Below are positions 49,193-58,658 of a stretch of DNA of 64,000 nucleotides, piece by piece (the stretch's first letter is position 1; the number at the start of each line of letters is the position of its first letter). A model generated the notes under the pieces. It was not told where the DNA came from. It saw only the letters and a program-made list of their open reading frames with translations, and did not search any database. Origin of the DNA: an uncultured Elusimicrobia bacterium (GTDB taxonomy: Bacteria; Elusimicrobiota; Elusimicrobia; 2-01-FULL-59-12); the NCBI GenBank assembly GCA_963702895.1, contig OY969767.1, forward strand, positions 224,001 to 288,000. Reading direction: 5' to 3'. The position numbers were made by a program, and so were the translations under genes.

Positions 49193-50089
49193 ATGAAAAT
49201 TCTGATTTCCGGATCAACCGGTCTCGTAGGGACAGCGCTGACACCCTACCTGGCTTCCAAAGGGCACCTCCTTCACACGTTAATCCGCACGACGCCCCTC
49301 CACCCCTCCCAAGCCCGCTGGAACCCTCCTCAGACAGGCCCATCCGCAGAAGCGCTTGAGGGGGTCGAGGCTGTTATTCATTTGGCCGGTGAAAATATCG
49401 CTTCGGGTCGTTGGACGCAATCGCGCAAACACGCTCTTCGTGCAAGCCGGATCCTGGGCACGCGACTCTTGGTCGAAGCGATCTTAAAGGCCCCAAAACT
49501 GCCGCGCGTCTTTCTGGGGGCCTCGGCCATTGGTTATTACGGTGAACGAGGCGACGAGACGCTTCAAGAAGACAGCCCGCCTGGGAAGGGGTTTCTCCCG
49601 GAGCTCTGCCAAGCGTGGGAGTCCGAGGTGGCGCCACTGGTCCATCGAGGGGTGCGGGTGGTGAATTTGCGTTTTGGGATCGTGCTCTCAACCAAGGGCG
49701 GGGCGCTTGCCAGGATGCTGCTCCCTTTCCGAATGGGGCTGGGCGGCGCTATAGGTTCCGGGAAGCAATACATGAGCTGGATCGCTGTGGACGATGTTTT
49801 GGGGATCATCGCGTTTTTGCTGGAAACCCCCTCCGTACGCGGTCCCGTCAATGCTGTGTCGCCTCAGCCGGTGACCAACAGGGAGTACACGCAAGTCTTA
49901 GGGAAAGTCTTGCGTCGTCCCACCCTCTTGCCGGTGCCAGCCATGGTCGCGCGACTGGCTCTTGGTGAAATGGCGGAGGCGCTCCTTTTGGCCAGCACGC
50001 GAGCGGTGCCCGGCGTTCTTCTGCGGTCGGGGTATCATTTCCAGTGGGCAGACCTTGAGACGGCCCTCCACCACCTCTTACACCAATAG
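49193..50089 (+). CDS. TIGR01777-family NAD-dependent epimerase (YfcH-like)
   Basis: ISGSTGLVG, HLAGENI, SAIGYYG, RFGIVLS, MSWI, GPVNAVSP. Confidence 0.93.
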   Translation: MKILISGSTGLVGTALTPYLASKGHLLHTLIRTTPLHPSQARWNPPQTGPSAEALEGVEAVIHLAGENIASGRWTQSRKHALRASRILGTRLLVEAILKAPKLPRVFLGASAIGYYGERGDETLQEDSPPGKGFLPELCQAWESEVAPLVHRGVRVVNLRFGIVLSTKGGALARMLLPFRMGLGGAIGSGKQYMSWIAVDDVLGIIAFLLETPSVRGPVNAVSPQPVTNREYTQVLGKVLRRPTLLPVPAMVARLALGEMAEALLLASTRAVPGVLLRSGYHFQWADLETALHHLLHQ

Positions 50090-50146
50090 GGGAGATCCCC
50101 TGGCCGTACCCTTGCCGTCCTCCAGGATTTATTAGAATAAACGCGT

Positions 50147-50431
50147 ATGCCAACGATCCTGGAGTTCCTTCTGGTCGGGTTGGCGGCGGGTTGGATTATG
50201 GGGAAGGTCCGCCACCGGAAAGGCAAGGGCTATGGGCTGATCAAGAGCCTCGTGATCGGCACGATTGGCTCTCTGATCGGTTTTTTCCTCATGGGTTTCT
50301 TTAAGGTTGAGTCTCCCAATATTCTCACCAAAATCGCGATGGCCGTGATGGGGACAGCTTTCTTTTTCTTCATCGTGGGTCTCCTCCGAGGGACAAAGAA
50401 GAAGAAATCTGAAGATGAGGAAGAAGCATGA
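50147..50431 (+). CDS. GlsB/YeaQ/YmgE-family small membrane protein
   Basis: LVGLAAGWI...GYGL...LVIG.IGSLIG. Confidence 0.8.
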   Translation: MPTILEFLLVGLAAGWIMGKVRHRKGKGYGLIKSLVIGTIGSLIGFFLMGFFKVESPNILTKIAMAVMGTAFFFFIVGLLRGTKKKKSEDEEEA

Positions 50432-50853
50432 TCATGATACTCTCTGTTCTTCTCGGGCTTGTGTTGTTGGTCCCTGCCTGTTCGAAATCGCCGGATCCCG
50501 CCAGCCATTCTGAAAACGGACCGCTTTCCAGCCAGGCTCAGACCACCAAAGCTTCCTATGTCCAAAAAACAAATCAAGAACTTCAAGAATGGTCCTTCAA
50601 AGTCAAGTCCTTGGAGGAGCGTTCCAGAAGCGGCGGGGCTAAGACTCGAAATGAGCTGGACCATTATGTTCGTAAGGCCAAGGAGAATCTGGCTGATCTC
50701 AAGAAGAGCCTTCAGGCGCTCGCTGAGTCCACCGAAGGCGCTTGGGAGCCTTTGCAGCGGGGCCTGGAAGAAACTCTTGAAAAGCTCAAGCGGAACTACG
50801 AGAAGGCCATCTCCTATTTTGATAAGAGCGATCCAGCCAAGCCTGGACTATAG
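50428..50853 (+). CDS. Coiled-coil lipoprotein
   Basis: Lipobox LVPAC; helical ...GAWE.L..G.E..LE.LK. Confidence 0.75.
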   Translation: MIMILSVLLGLVLLVPACSKSPDPASHSENGPLSSQAQTTKASYVQKTNQELQEWSFKVKSLEERSRSGGAKTRNELDHYVRKAKENLADLKKSLQALAESTEGAWEPLQRGLEETLEKLKRNYEKAISYFDKSDPAKPGL

Positions 50854-50983
50854 AAAGACCCGTGAAGCAACCCGCTCTCTCTTTCATTCTCGTTCTAAGC
50901 CTGCTTGTGCCAGGCGCCACTGCGATGGTGGTAGCGGGAGGTCCTTACAACCCACGGTCAGCGCCTCATCCCGTCAACCCATA

Positions 50984-52471
50984 ATGCGCGATTTTCCGGT
51001 CTTGAGCCGGCTCTTTCTTGTCCTCCTCTTTCCTTGCGCACCGCTTCTCTTAGAGGCCGCAACCACGGTGACCGTGAGTGGTCGGCAACTCCTCGTCGAC
51101 GGTCAGGCCTTCACCGTTCAAGGTGTCAACTACTCTCCGACTCCTGTCGGATCAACCGCGGGCAGCCCGAGCGCCTTGTGCTCGGGTCCTTACCAATGGT
51201 GGACGGACCAAGCGATCTATAACTCGGATTTTCCCCTCATCAAGCGCATGGGCGCCAATACGATACGCGCCTACGGCATCCTCAATGACACCTCCGGGAC
51301 CGCGGTGCTGCAGGTTCGGGCGATGCTCGACGTGGCTGCAGCGCAGGGCCTCTATGTGATCATGAATTACTATGCCAGCCATTTCGTGGACCCTTCTGTG
51401 CCCGCCCAGCAGGCGGCTTGGCAGACGGATTTCGTGAATGCCGTGAACGCTTACAAGGACCATCCCGCGGTCCTGATCTGGGAGTTCGCCAACGAAAACA
51501 ACCTCGACAACGGACAATTCGCGGGCTGGTATCCCATGGTGCAGACGATCGCCACCGCCGCCAAAGCCGCAGACGCCAACCACCCGATTATGACGGTCGA
51601 AGGCGAGACCGCCACGATCAACTACACCATCGGATCGGCCGCGCGCTCCGCGGATGACGCCAGCATGACGAGCCTTGACCTGTGGGGAGTCAACGCTTAC
51701 CGGGGCCCGACTTTCCAAGGTCTCTTTGAGTCCTTGGCGCTCGAGACCTCGAAGCCCATTCTGGTCACAGAGTTTGGGAAGGACGCCTATCTGGACGCTA
51801 GCGCGCAGGAAAGCCAATCGATGCAAGCCTCTCACTTGAGCGCCCAATGGCAGGAAATTTCTTCCCGCCTTTCCGCGTCGGATGCCGTCCAGCCCCTGGC
51901 CGGGGGGGTTGTCTTCGAGTGGACGGATGAGTGGTGGAAAGACCCGGGAGCCCCTTCCTGCCGGACTCATGATACAGCGGTTCTCTTTACACGCCCGCAA
52001 GATACCGAAGACCCATCCTATAACGAGGAATGGTTCGGGCTTGCTGCGGTGAGCCCTGTCAGCGTGATCTCGAATCCCGCAGGCAAAGCGAGGACACTCC
52101 GCACCAGTTACAGCACGATGCAGAGCTTCTGGAACCCTTCCGCGGCACAGGCGACGGGGTCCTCCAACCGTTATTTCAGCGATACGGTACGGAATTATCC
52201 CAATCCTTTTCGGCCGGGGGCGGAGTCCACGAGGTTTGTCATCCTGGCCAACGTTGCGGGCACCGTTAGCCTAAGCATCTATGACGCGGGCGGGCAATTT
52301 GTGACCTCCTTTAAGGTGGGCGTGACGCCTCCAGCCCGAACGGAAGTGTTTTGGGATGGGCGCAACAGCCAGGGGGCCGAGGTCAGCTCGGGCCTGTATC
52401 TGGTGCGAATCGAGGGGGAAGGATCCGGCCGCCGTGAGACCCAGTTCCGGAAAGTCGTGGCGGTCAAATGA
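50984..52471 (+). CDS. Secreted GH2/GH5-like TIM-barrel glycoside hydrolase with C-terminal FlgD-Ig / T9SS-CTD-like domain
   Basis: GVNYSP, MGANTIRAY, WEFANE (acid/base), VTEFG (nucleophile), FEWTDEWWK, NEEWFG; tail NYPNPF...IYD..G..V...WDGRN..G..V.SGLYLV. Confidence 0.88.
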   Translation: MRDFPVLSRLFLVLLFPCAPLLLEAATTVTVSGRQLLVDGQAFTVQGVNYSPTPVGSTAGSPSALCSGPYQWWTDQAIYNSDFPLIKRMGANTIRAYGILNDTSGTAVLQVRAMLDVAAAQGLYVIMNYYASHFVDPSVPAQQAAWQTDFVNAVNAYKDHPAVLIWEFANENNLDNGQFAGWYPMVQTIATAAKAADANHPIMTVEGETATINYTIGSAARSADDASMTSLDLWGVNAYRGPTFQGLFESLALETSKPILVTEFGKDAYLDASAQESQSMQASHLSAQWQEISSRLSASDAVQPLAGGVVFEWTDEWWKDPGAPSCRTHDTAVLFTRPQDTEDPSYNEEWFGLAAVSPVSVISNPAGKARTLRTSYSTMQSFWNPSAAQATGSSNRYFSDTVRNYPNPFRPGAESTRFVILANVAGTVSLSIYDAGGQFVTSFKVGVTPPARTEVFWDGRNSQGAEVSSGLYLVRIEGEGSGRRETQFRKVVAVK

Positions 52472-53514
52472 GGTCTGTGTCGGAGTATCGGTGTGACGGA
52501 GTAACGGGGTCACAGCCCAAAGACGTATCGGCGCATCGGAGTATCGGTGTCATGATGTCGTGGCTGTTTCGCCGATACCCCGATACCCCGATACCCCGTT
52601 ACTGCCTCATAGCGCTCTTCGCCCTTCTCCCTTCGAACGCGGCGCACGCTTCGGGCGAAGCGGACGCCTTCGCGCTGCCGGGAGTGGGGGCTCGCCAGGG
52701 AGGCATGGGCGGTGCCTTTGTTGGTCTTTCGGATGACATTGAGGCGATCTATTACAACCCGGCGGGGCTTGGCAATCTCATTCAGTCAGGAGTCACGGGC
52801 ATGTATCAGCCGGCGTCGCTGGGCACGACACGAAGCTTTCTGGGATTCAGCCAGCGGTGGGCCCATCCGCGCTTGCCGGGCAGTGTGGGCTTCGGATGGC
52901 TTCGCATGGGGTCGGCGGATATCGAGCTCACCGACACAGATGAGAATGTCTTAGGGACAGATCAGTTGTCGAATGACCTCTTTTTGTTGAGCGCTGGGGT
53001 GCGGCCCTTCCTGCATTGGTCGTTTGGCCTTTCCTTGAAGTATTTCCGCTTCGCGTTTAACGATTTTAAGGAGTCCGGCTTTGGTGTGGACCTTGGAACG
53101 CACGCACAGTATCGTCCTTTTCGTTTCGGCGTAGTCCTGAGCGATCTGGGAGGGACGAAACTTTCCGGAGACTCGATCAGTCCTTCTGGAGGAACGGTCG
53201 GTGATGTCGTCCCGCCACGTCTAAAGACAGGAGTGGGGGCTGTGTTCCCTCAGCCCTTCAACTGGCCGCTCACGATGGTAATGGATCTGGATACGCACCT
53301 CAAGCTTCGCGGTAGCCAGGACACGAAAACGTCCCTGGGTATGGAAGTATGGACGTACAACGATCACATCGCCGCCCGTACGGGCTACCAGGAATCCGGC
53401 GGCCCCACCCTGGGCTTTGGCGCGCGCTGGGGGCAGTTCCAGATCGATTATTCGTTCCTGTTCAGCCTCAACCTCAAGGATGAACACCGCATGGGCCTCA
53501 CCTACCGCTATTAA
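52468..53514 (+). CDS. PorV/PorQ-family outer-membrane beta-barrel
   Basis: GVGARQGGMGGAFVGLSDD..AIYYNPAGL, GFGVDLG, IDYSF, HRMGLTYRY. Confidence 0.85.
   Translation: MRSVSEYRCDGVTGSQPKDVSAHRSIGVMMSWLFRRYPDTPIPRYCLIALFALLPSNAAHASGEADAFALPGVGARQGGMGGAFVGLSDDIEAIYYNPAGLGNLIQSGVTGMYQPASLGTTRSFLGFSQRWAHPRLPGSVGFGWLRMGSADIELTDTDENVLGTDQLSNDLFLLSAGVRPFLHWSFGLSLKYFRFAFNDFKESGFGVDLGTHAQYRPFRFGVVLSDLGGTKLSGDSISPSGGTVGDVVPPRLKTGVGAVFPQPFNWPLTMVMDLDTHLKLRGSQDTKTSLGMEVWTYNDHIAARTGYQESGGPTLGFGARWGQFQIDYSFLFSLNLKDEHRMGLTYRY
52477..52602. repeat. Inverted 8-mer arrays (GTATCGG(A/T/C) vs CCGATAC) in the 5' end of the PorV-like gene
   Basis: Units at 52477-52508 and 52525-52548, inverted at 52571-52602; same 8-mer family as 12148-12293. 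Confidence 0.88.
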
Positions 53515-53519
53515 AGCAA

Positions 53520-53606
53520 GGGGACGTTCCTTCACAAACGTCACAAACTCTTGGCCTGCAGTATAGGGCTCATCGGAGTTTGTGACGTTTGTGAAGGAAC
53601 GTCCCC
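53520..53606. repeat. Perfect 31-bp inverted repeat with 25-nt spacer
   Basis: GGGGACGTTCCTTCACAAACGTCACAAACTC (53520-53550) and its exact reverse complement (53576-53606). Confidence 0.95.
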
Positions 53607-53636
53607 AAGCCGTCGGATAAGGTAGAATTACCCTCG

Positions 53637-54680
53637 ATGTCGAACACTCTTCCCGACAATTTTGACGCTTGGGACCCCCTCCTCCAGAAGCAGATCGATG
53701 AGCTCATCGACCGCGCCGCCCCCGCCGTGCGCGAAGAGGACAACCGTGATCTGGTGCGTCAGATGATCGTCACGGCCCTTAAAGTGGAACATTCCCAGCT
53801 TGACCGCGGTGACGCCAAGATCCTCTCGCGGGCCATGCGCGAGTTGCGCTACGGTTTCCGGATCTTCAAAGACTATCGAGATAACCGCAAAGTGACTATC
53901 TTTGGCTCCGCGCGGACCTCACGGGATAGCGCCGAATATCGACAAGCCCTTCATTTCTCCAGGCAGATGACGAAGCACGGCTTTATGGTCATCACAGGCG
54001 CGGGACCCGGCATCATGAAGGCCGGCAATGAAGGTGCTGGGAAGAACAAGAGCTTCGGCATCAACATCAAACTTCCTTTTGAACAGACCGCCAACGAATT
54101 CATTGGCAAAGACCCCCGTTTTATCGACTGCCGGTTTTTTTTCACGCGCAAGCTCATGTTCATCAAAGAAACCAGCGCCGCCGCCTTTTTCCCGGGAGGG
54201 TTCGGAACCCACGATGAAGCCATGGAAACCCTGACCTTGGTCCAAACTGGCAAGTGCGATATCATGCCGATTCTGCTGATCGATGTCCCGGGGGGAAGCT
54301 ATTGGAAGGATTGGCTGAAATACATCGAGAAACACTTGCTCAAGGGGGGGAAGATTTCACCGGAAGACGTCCATATCTTCAAAATCACAGACGATATCGA
54401 AACGGCGGTCCAAGAGATCGTTAAGTTTTATAAGAACTACCATTCCATGCGCTATGTGAAGGATGATTTGGTGATCCGTTTAATGAAATCGCCTTCCAAG
54501 GCGCTCCTCGAAAAGCTCAACGTTCAGTTTAAGGATATCTGTGTCAAAGGCGCTATTGTGTCCAGCCCCGTTCATCCGGACGAAACGGATCATGTGGAGC
54601 TTCCCCGGATCTCTCTGCGCTTTAATCGCTTGAGCTTCGGGCGTTTGCGTCAGTTGATCGACTGTTTAAACAACGACTGA
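53637..54680 (+). CDS. LOG-family (TIGR00730) Rossmann-fold protein
   Basis: VTIFGSAR, ITGAGPGIM, GINIKLPFEQ, FFTRKLMF, PGGFGTHDE. Confidence 0.92.
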   Translation: MSNTLPDNFDAWDPLLQKQIDELIDRAAPAVREEDNRDLVRQMIVTALKVEHSQLDRGDAKILSRAMRELRYGFRIFKDYRDNRKVTIFGSARTSRDSAEYRQALHFSRQMTKHGFMVITGAGPGIMKAGNEGAGKNKSFGINIKLPFEQTANEFIGKDPRFIDCRFFFTRKLMFIKETSAAAFFPGGFGTHDEAMETLTLVQTGKCDIMPILLIDVPGGSYWKDWLKYIEKHLLKGGKISPEDVHIFKITDDIETAVQEIVKFYKNYHSMRYVKDDLVIRLMKSPSKALLEKLNVQFKDICVKGAIVSSPVHPDETDHVELPRISLRFNRLSFGRLRQLIDCLNND

Positions 54681-55142
54681 TTCGGTAGGTTTGGAAGGCA
54701 AGGAAAACGAGTCCAAGCGAAGCAGCGGCGCCGACGGCCTCACAAACGCCTTCTTAATCGACTCGATGAGATCCGGCAGGATACTCATGAACGGTTTACG
54801 CATCGCCACAAATTCCACTGCCTGTCCGAACCGCATGCCTTTCGAGCAGAGATAAGCGATCACAATCGAAGGCGATCGGCCTACGCCTCCATCACAGAAG
54901 ACCAAAATCCTCTTCGTATTGATGTGCTGATCGATATATTCCGCGGCCTCCATGAGGCGGAAGGCTGGTATGGGCATCATGTCATGGATTTGGAGCTTCA
55001 GGTAGGGTTTGTCGCCGAAGAGGGTGGGGTCGATGTCGATTTCTGAGGCGACATTTAGAAACGCATCAAAATGCTCGATCGCATTTCGCGCGTCGATCGC
55101 GTTGCCAACGGCCAAGTGCTCGAGGATATATTTCACGGGCAT
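54666..55142 (-). CDS. Dual-specificity protein phosphatase family
   Basis: CX5R loop VFCDGGVGRSPSIVIAYL. Confidence 0.85.
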   Translation of the reverse strand: MPVKYILEHLAVGNAIDARNAIEHFDAFLNVASEIDIDPTLFGDKPYLKLQIHDMMPIPAFRLMEAAEYIDQHINTKRILVFCDGGVGRSPSIVIAYLCSKGMRFGQAVEFVAMRKPFMSILPDLIESIKKAFVRPSAPLLRLDSFSLPSKPTESVVV

Positions 55143-55187
55143 CCGCTCTGGACAGCTGCACTATCCTATATTGGCTTGCGGCACTTG

Positions 55188-55997
55188 TCAAAACGAAGCA
55201 TGGAGGGTCTTGAGAGCCCTCGCACTCCGTTGCTCAAGCGTCTTATGGCCTCGGAGTCTCCAGGCCTTCCAAAACCTTCTGGCCGTCTCGTGCTGGGCCG
55301 CCCTCATCTCTTTCCGAAGTGAGCGGCTCTGCTTCTTGGCCAGATCTTTGAGGAGCTTTCGGCTGGCGCGCGCGTCCTGATGGCGGCCCAGATAGCCCTG
55401 CCAGAGCGCGGCCTCAAGGGCCAGCCGTTTCAACGGAGGACCGCCGAATGGGATGAGGAGGTCCGCGCGATAGCGCAACCGACGGATCGCGCGCCGTAAA
55501 GGGTGCATGAGAGACTTTTTCTTAGCCTTTGGCCGTTGACGCAAGAGACGATCGAGGTCTTGCCAGGCCCGCTCCAGAGCCGCACGAGCGGCCGATCGGT
55601 CCTTGGCGGGGCCTTGAGATCGAGCTTGGCCAATGGATTGCATGGCCCTTGCCAAACGGGCGAAAGTCCGCCGACGAAACCGGAGGCGGATCTTCTGGTG
55701 GAAATTCAAACGGTGGACGTTGAGGATTTCCAGGAGGTGTTTGTGTTGAGACGAGGAGGTGGAGGAGCTCCTCAGGCGCTGCCAAAGCATCTCGACGTCG
55801 CGGGCTTTGCCCAAGTATGGGTTGAGGCTCGCGAGGGACGGCAAGGGAGTCCCCAGCAGCCGCAACGCTTCTTGGCAGCGTCGGGTGCTCACCCGAAGCT
55901 CGTGCACGGCATCCGGCCCTGCACGCCCGTGAGCGAAGGCGGCGACGCAGGTGTTCCAGCGGCGAACTTCCCGGGCTAAGAGCGAGGCCAAGGTCAT
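55188..55997 (-). CDS. CHAD-domain (polyphosphate-binding) protein
   Basis: VHELRVSTRR, LGKARD, HPLRRAIRRLRY, QGYLGRHQD. Confidence 0.88.
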   Translation of the reverse strand: MTLASLLAREVRRWNTCVAAFAHGRAGPDAVHELRVSTRRCQEALRLLGTPLPSLASLNPYLGKARDVEMLWQRLRSSSTSSSQHKHLLEILNVHRLNFHQKIRLRFRRRTFARLARAMQSIGQARSQGPAKDRSAARAALERAWQDLDRLLRQRPKAKKKSLMHPLRRAIRRLRYRADLLIPFGGPPLKRLALEAALWQGYLGRHQDARASRKLLKDLAKKQSRSLRKEMRAAQHETARRFWKAWRLRGHKTLEQRSARALKTLHASF

Positions 55998-56049
55998 AGG
56001 ATGAGTTCTCCTGTGGCGTATAGGCAACGGTGGTGCGCTCCAGCGTCTC

Positions 56050-56547
56050 TTAAATCCGAAGGAGGAGCTTCGGGGTGACGAGCCACCGGAGGCTGGCCAC
56101 GCGGCGACCTTGGATCTGTTCCACATCGATCCGGCATAAGCCGCCTTTTTTTAAGTCGATGCGGAGTCGCTTTCTTGAGCCGATCAACCGTGACGCCAAG
56201 GTGGACAAGTAGGGCTCATGCCCCACGATCCAGAGCGTGGAGCCGGCGGGGTAATGTCGGACCATGCTCTTGAAGAACCGTTCTGGATGTCCTTGCGGCG
56301 ACAATTCGCTCTCTTGCTGGATCCTCTTCTTGTGTCGGAGGCACTCCGCAAGGATTTGGGATGTTTGAGTCGCTCTCGCATAAGGACTGCTCAGGATTCG
56401 GTCACACGTGAGGCGAATAGGCCGGAGGGCCGTGCCGATCTGACGCATCCTCTTCTTCCCTTCGGTGGTCACGGGCCGGTCCGCGTCTCTTCCATGCCAC
56501 GTCGCGCGGTCGGCTGCGATCGCATGGCGCAAAAGATAGAGGATCAC
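56050..56547 (-). CDS. sixA: Phosphohistidine phosphatase SixA
   Basis: LYLLRHAIA, DADRP.T.EG, SSPY.RA.QT, VGHEP, LKKGG. Confidence 0.9.
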   Translation of the reverse strand: MILYLLRHAIAADRATWHGRDADRPVTTEGKKRMRQIGTALRPIRLTCDRILSSPYARATQTSQILAECLRHKKRIQQESELSPQGHPERFFKSMVRHYPAGSTLWIVGHEPYLSTLASRLIGSRKRLRIDLKKGGLCRIDVEQIQGRRVASLRWLVTPKLLLRI

Positions 56548-58658
56548 GTGGAGGACTCCTTGTGCTTGGCGGAGGGGGCGCCGTAGGTGGTGGCCACGGT
56601 CGGTCTTTGCGGCTTAAGCTCCCCAGGAACGGCCTTGAGCGCAGCGGTCTGTTCCTCCAGCGCACGCTGACAGAGAACGTCCTGGGCACGCAGTTTCTTG
56701 CGGCTTCCCGCTTCGCTGCGAACGTACGAGCCATCCGGCAGGAGGATCCAGGACTTCACGGTGTCTCGAAAATAGAGATCGAGCGCCTCGATCAAGCGCT
56801 TTTTGCTCGGCGCGTCCTCCACGGGGAATAAGATCTCGATCCTCTTGTCGAGGTTGCGCGGCATGAGATCGGCGCTGGAGAGGTACACCTCCGGATCGCC
56901 GTCGTTTTCAAAATAATAGATGCGACTATGCTCGAGGAATTGATCGACGATGCTCACGACTTGGATATGGTCACTGAGGCCCTTCAGGCCAGGCCTTAAG
57001 CAGCAAATCCCTCTCACGTTGAGTTGGACTCGGACCCCCGCGCGAGAAGCCTCATAGAGAGCCTCGATGATTTCTGTGTCGACCAACGAATTCATTTTCA
57101 GTCGTATGAGGCCTGGTTTTTCGGCTGAACGCCGCATGGTTTCCCTGCGTATGAGACGGAGCAGTTTGCGCCTCAGGCCGAAGGGCGCCACTTCGATCTT
57201 TTTCCAGGACGCTGGCTGCGAATAGCCCGTAATCATATTGAAGAATGCGGCGAGGTCGCCGGCCATCGCCTCATCCGAAGTCAGGTATCCGATGTCCGAG
57301 TAAAGGCGCGCGGTGCGGGCGTTGTAATTGCCAGTCGACAGATGCACATAGCGCTTGATGCCGTCTTGCTCCCGGCGAATGACCAGGCAGGCCTTGGCGT
57401 GCGTTTTATACCCGGCGATGCCGTAGAGGACGCTCGCCCCTCTGTGCATCAAGCGCTTCGCCCATTCGATGTTGCTTTCTTCGTCAAAGCGAGCTTTGAG
57501 TTCCACAAGGACCGTCACGCGCTTGCCGTTTTCCGCCGCTCGTTCGAGAGCTCCCAGGATGCGCGAGTCGGGGTCTGTCCGGTAAAGCGTCTGTTTGATG
57601 GCCAGCACATCCGGGTCGTCGGCCGCGCTGTCTAAAAAGTCGATCACAGGCTCAAAACTTTCGTAAGGGTGCATGAGAAGAACACTCTTCTGGCGCATCA
57701 GCGTCCACACGTTGTCGCTTCGCTTAAAATCCGGTGAAAGACAAGGTTCCCAGGCGGGGCGTTTCAGAGGCTCAAATCCGGGTTGCAGCGCAAGCTGGGC
57801 GATACTCTTGATGTCAAACCATCCCGGGTTCACCTGGATATCCTGAGGTGAGACCTGGAGTGACTGCTGAAGGAACTTGACCCAGGCCTGGTGTGCGGAC
57901 ACCTCCAGCCGGACAATCTCAGCCTGTCGGCGTTCCTGGAGGGCCTCCGACATGACGTGAAGGAAGTCTTCTTCCTTTTCTTCATCGAGCGTGATCTCGG
58001 CTCCACGGGTGAGGCGCATCAGGCCTGTTTCGACAATCTCATAGCCCGGGAAAAGCTCCGAAACGAAGTGAGAGATCAGGTCTTCCATCAGGATGAAGGG
58101 GAAATCCTTTTCAGTCGGGAGAAACAAGATCCTCGGATGACTCTTCTGCGGGATCTCCACGGCCGCAAAGCGCATCGGACCTCCGGGTTGGTTGTCTTTG
58201 AGGCTGAGCACGAGATGCAGTTTGAGGTTGCGCAGCGGCGGGAAGGGTCGTTCACTGGATAAGGCGATTGGCGTCAGGACAGGAAAGATCTCATTCGCAA
58301 AATGAAGGCGCAGATAGTCCAATTGCGTCGGAGTGCACCGGTCGGGCGTGAGCCGCAGGAACCCTGCCGCCTGGAGCTCCGGGACGATATGGTCCATAAA
58401 GGTTCGGTTCATGTCCGATCCAAGCGTTCGGGCCTTGTCTCGAACGCTGTCCAGCTGGTCTTGAGAGTTCTGGAGGCTCGCCACGCGCACCATGTAGAAC
58501 TCGTCGAGGTTGGAGCTGACGATACCGACAAATTTGAGTCTTTCAAGGAGCGGCAACGAGAGGTCTTTGCTCTCGGCCAGAACGCGGGCATTAAACTCCA
58601 GGGCTGAGAATTCCCGGTCGAGGTACCTCATTTGCGGATCCGCGTGCGGAGGGGTCAT
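56544..58658 (-). CDS. ppk1: Polyphosphate kinase 1
   Basis: FNARVL, SSNLDEFYMVRVA, HPYESF, AIKQTLYR, VELKARFDE, KTHAK, TGNYN, FLEHSRI, SADLMPRNL. Confidence 0.97.
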   Translation of the reverse strand: MTPPHADPQMRYLDREFSALEFNARVLAESKDLSLPLLERLKFVGIVSSNLDEFYMVRVASLQNSQDQLDSVRDKARTLGSDMNRTFMDHIVPELQAAGFLRLTPDRCTPTQLDYLRLHFANEIFPVLTPIALSSERPFPPLRNLKLHLVLSLKDNQPGGPMRFAAVEIPQKSHPRILFLPTEKDFPFILMEDLISHFVSELFPGYEIVETGLMRLTRGAEITLDEEKEEDFLHVMSEALQERRQAEIVRLEVSAHQAWVKFLQQSLQVSPQDIQVNPGWFDIKSIAQLALQPGFEPLKRPAWEPCLSPDFKRSDNVWTLMRQKSVLLMHPYESFEPVIDFLDSAADDPDVLAIKQTLYRTDPDSRILGALERAAENGKRVTVLVELKARFDEESNIEWAKRLMHRGASVLYGIAGYKTHAKACLVIRREQDGIKRYVHLSTGNYNARTARLYSDIGYLTSDEAMAGDLAAFFNMITGYSQPASWKKIEVAPFGLRRKLLRLIRRETMRRSAEKPGLIRLKMNSLVDTEIIEALYEASRAGVRVQLNVRGICCLRPGLKGLSDHIQVVSIVDQFLEHSRIYYFENDGDPEVYLSSADLMPRNLDKRIEILFPVEDAPSKKRLIEALDLYFRDTVKSWILLPDGSYVRSEAGSRKKLRAQDVLCQRALEEQTAALKAVPGELKPQRPTVATTYGAPSAKHKESST

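Noticed and set aside
50459..50983. 175-aa N-terminal extension of the glycoside hydrolase ORF
   Set aside because: It overlaps the lipoprotein gene in another frame; the signal peptide starts at ATG 50984.
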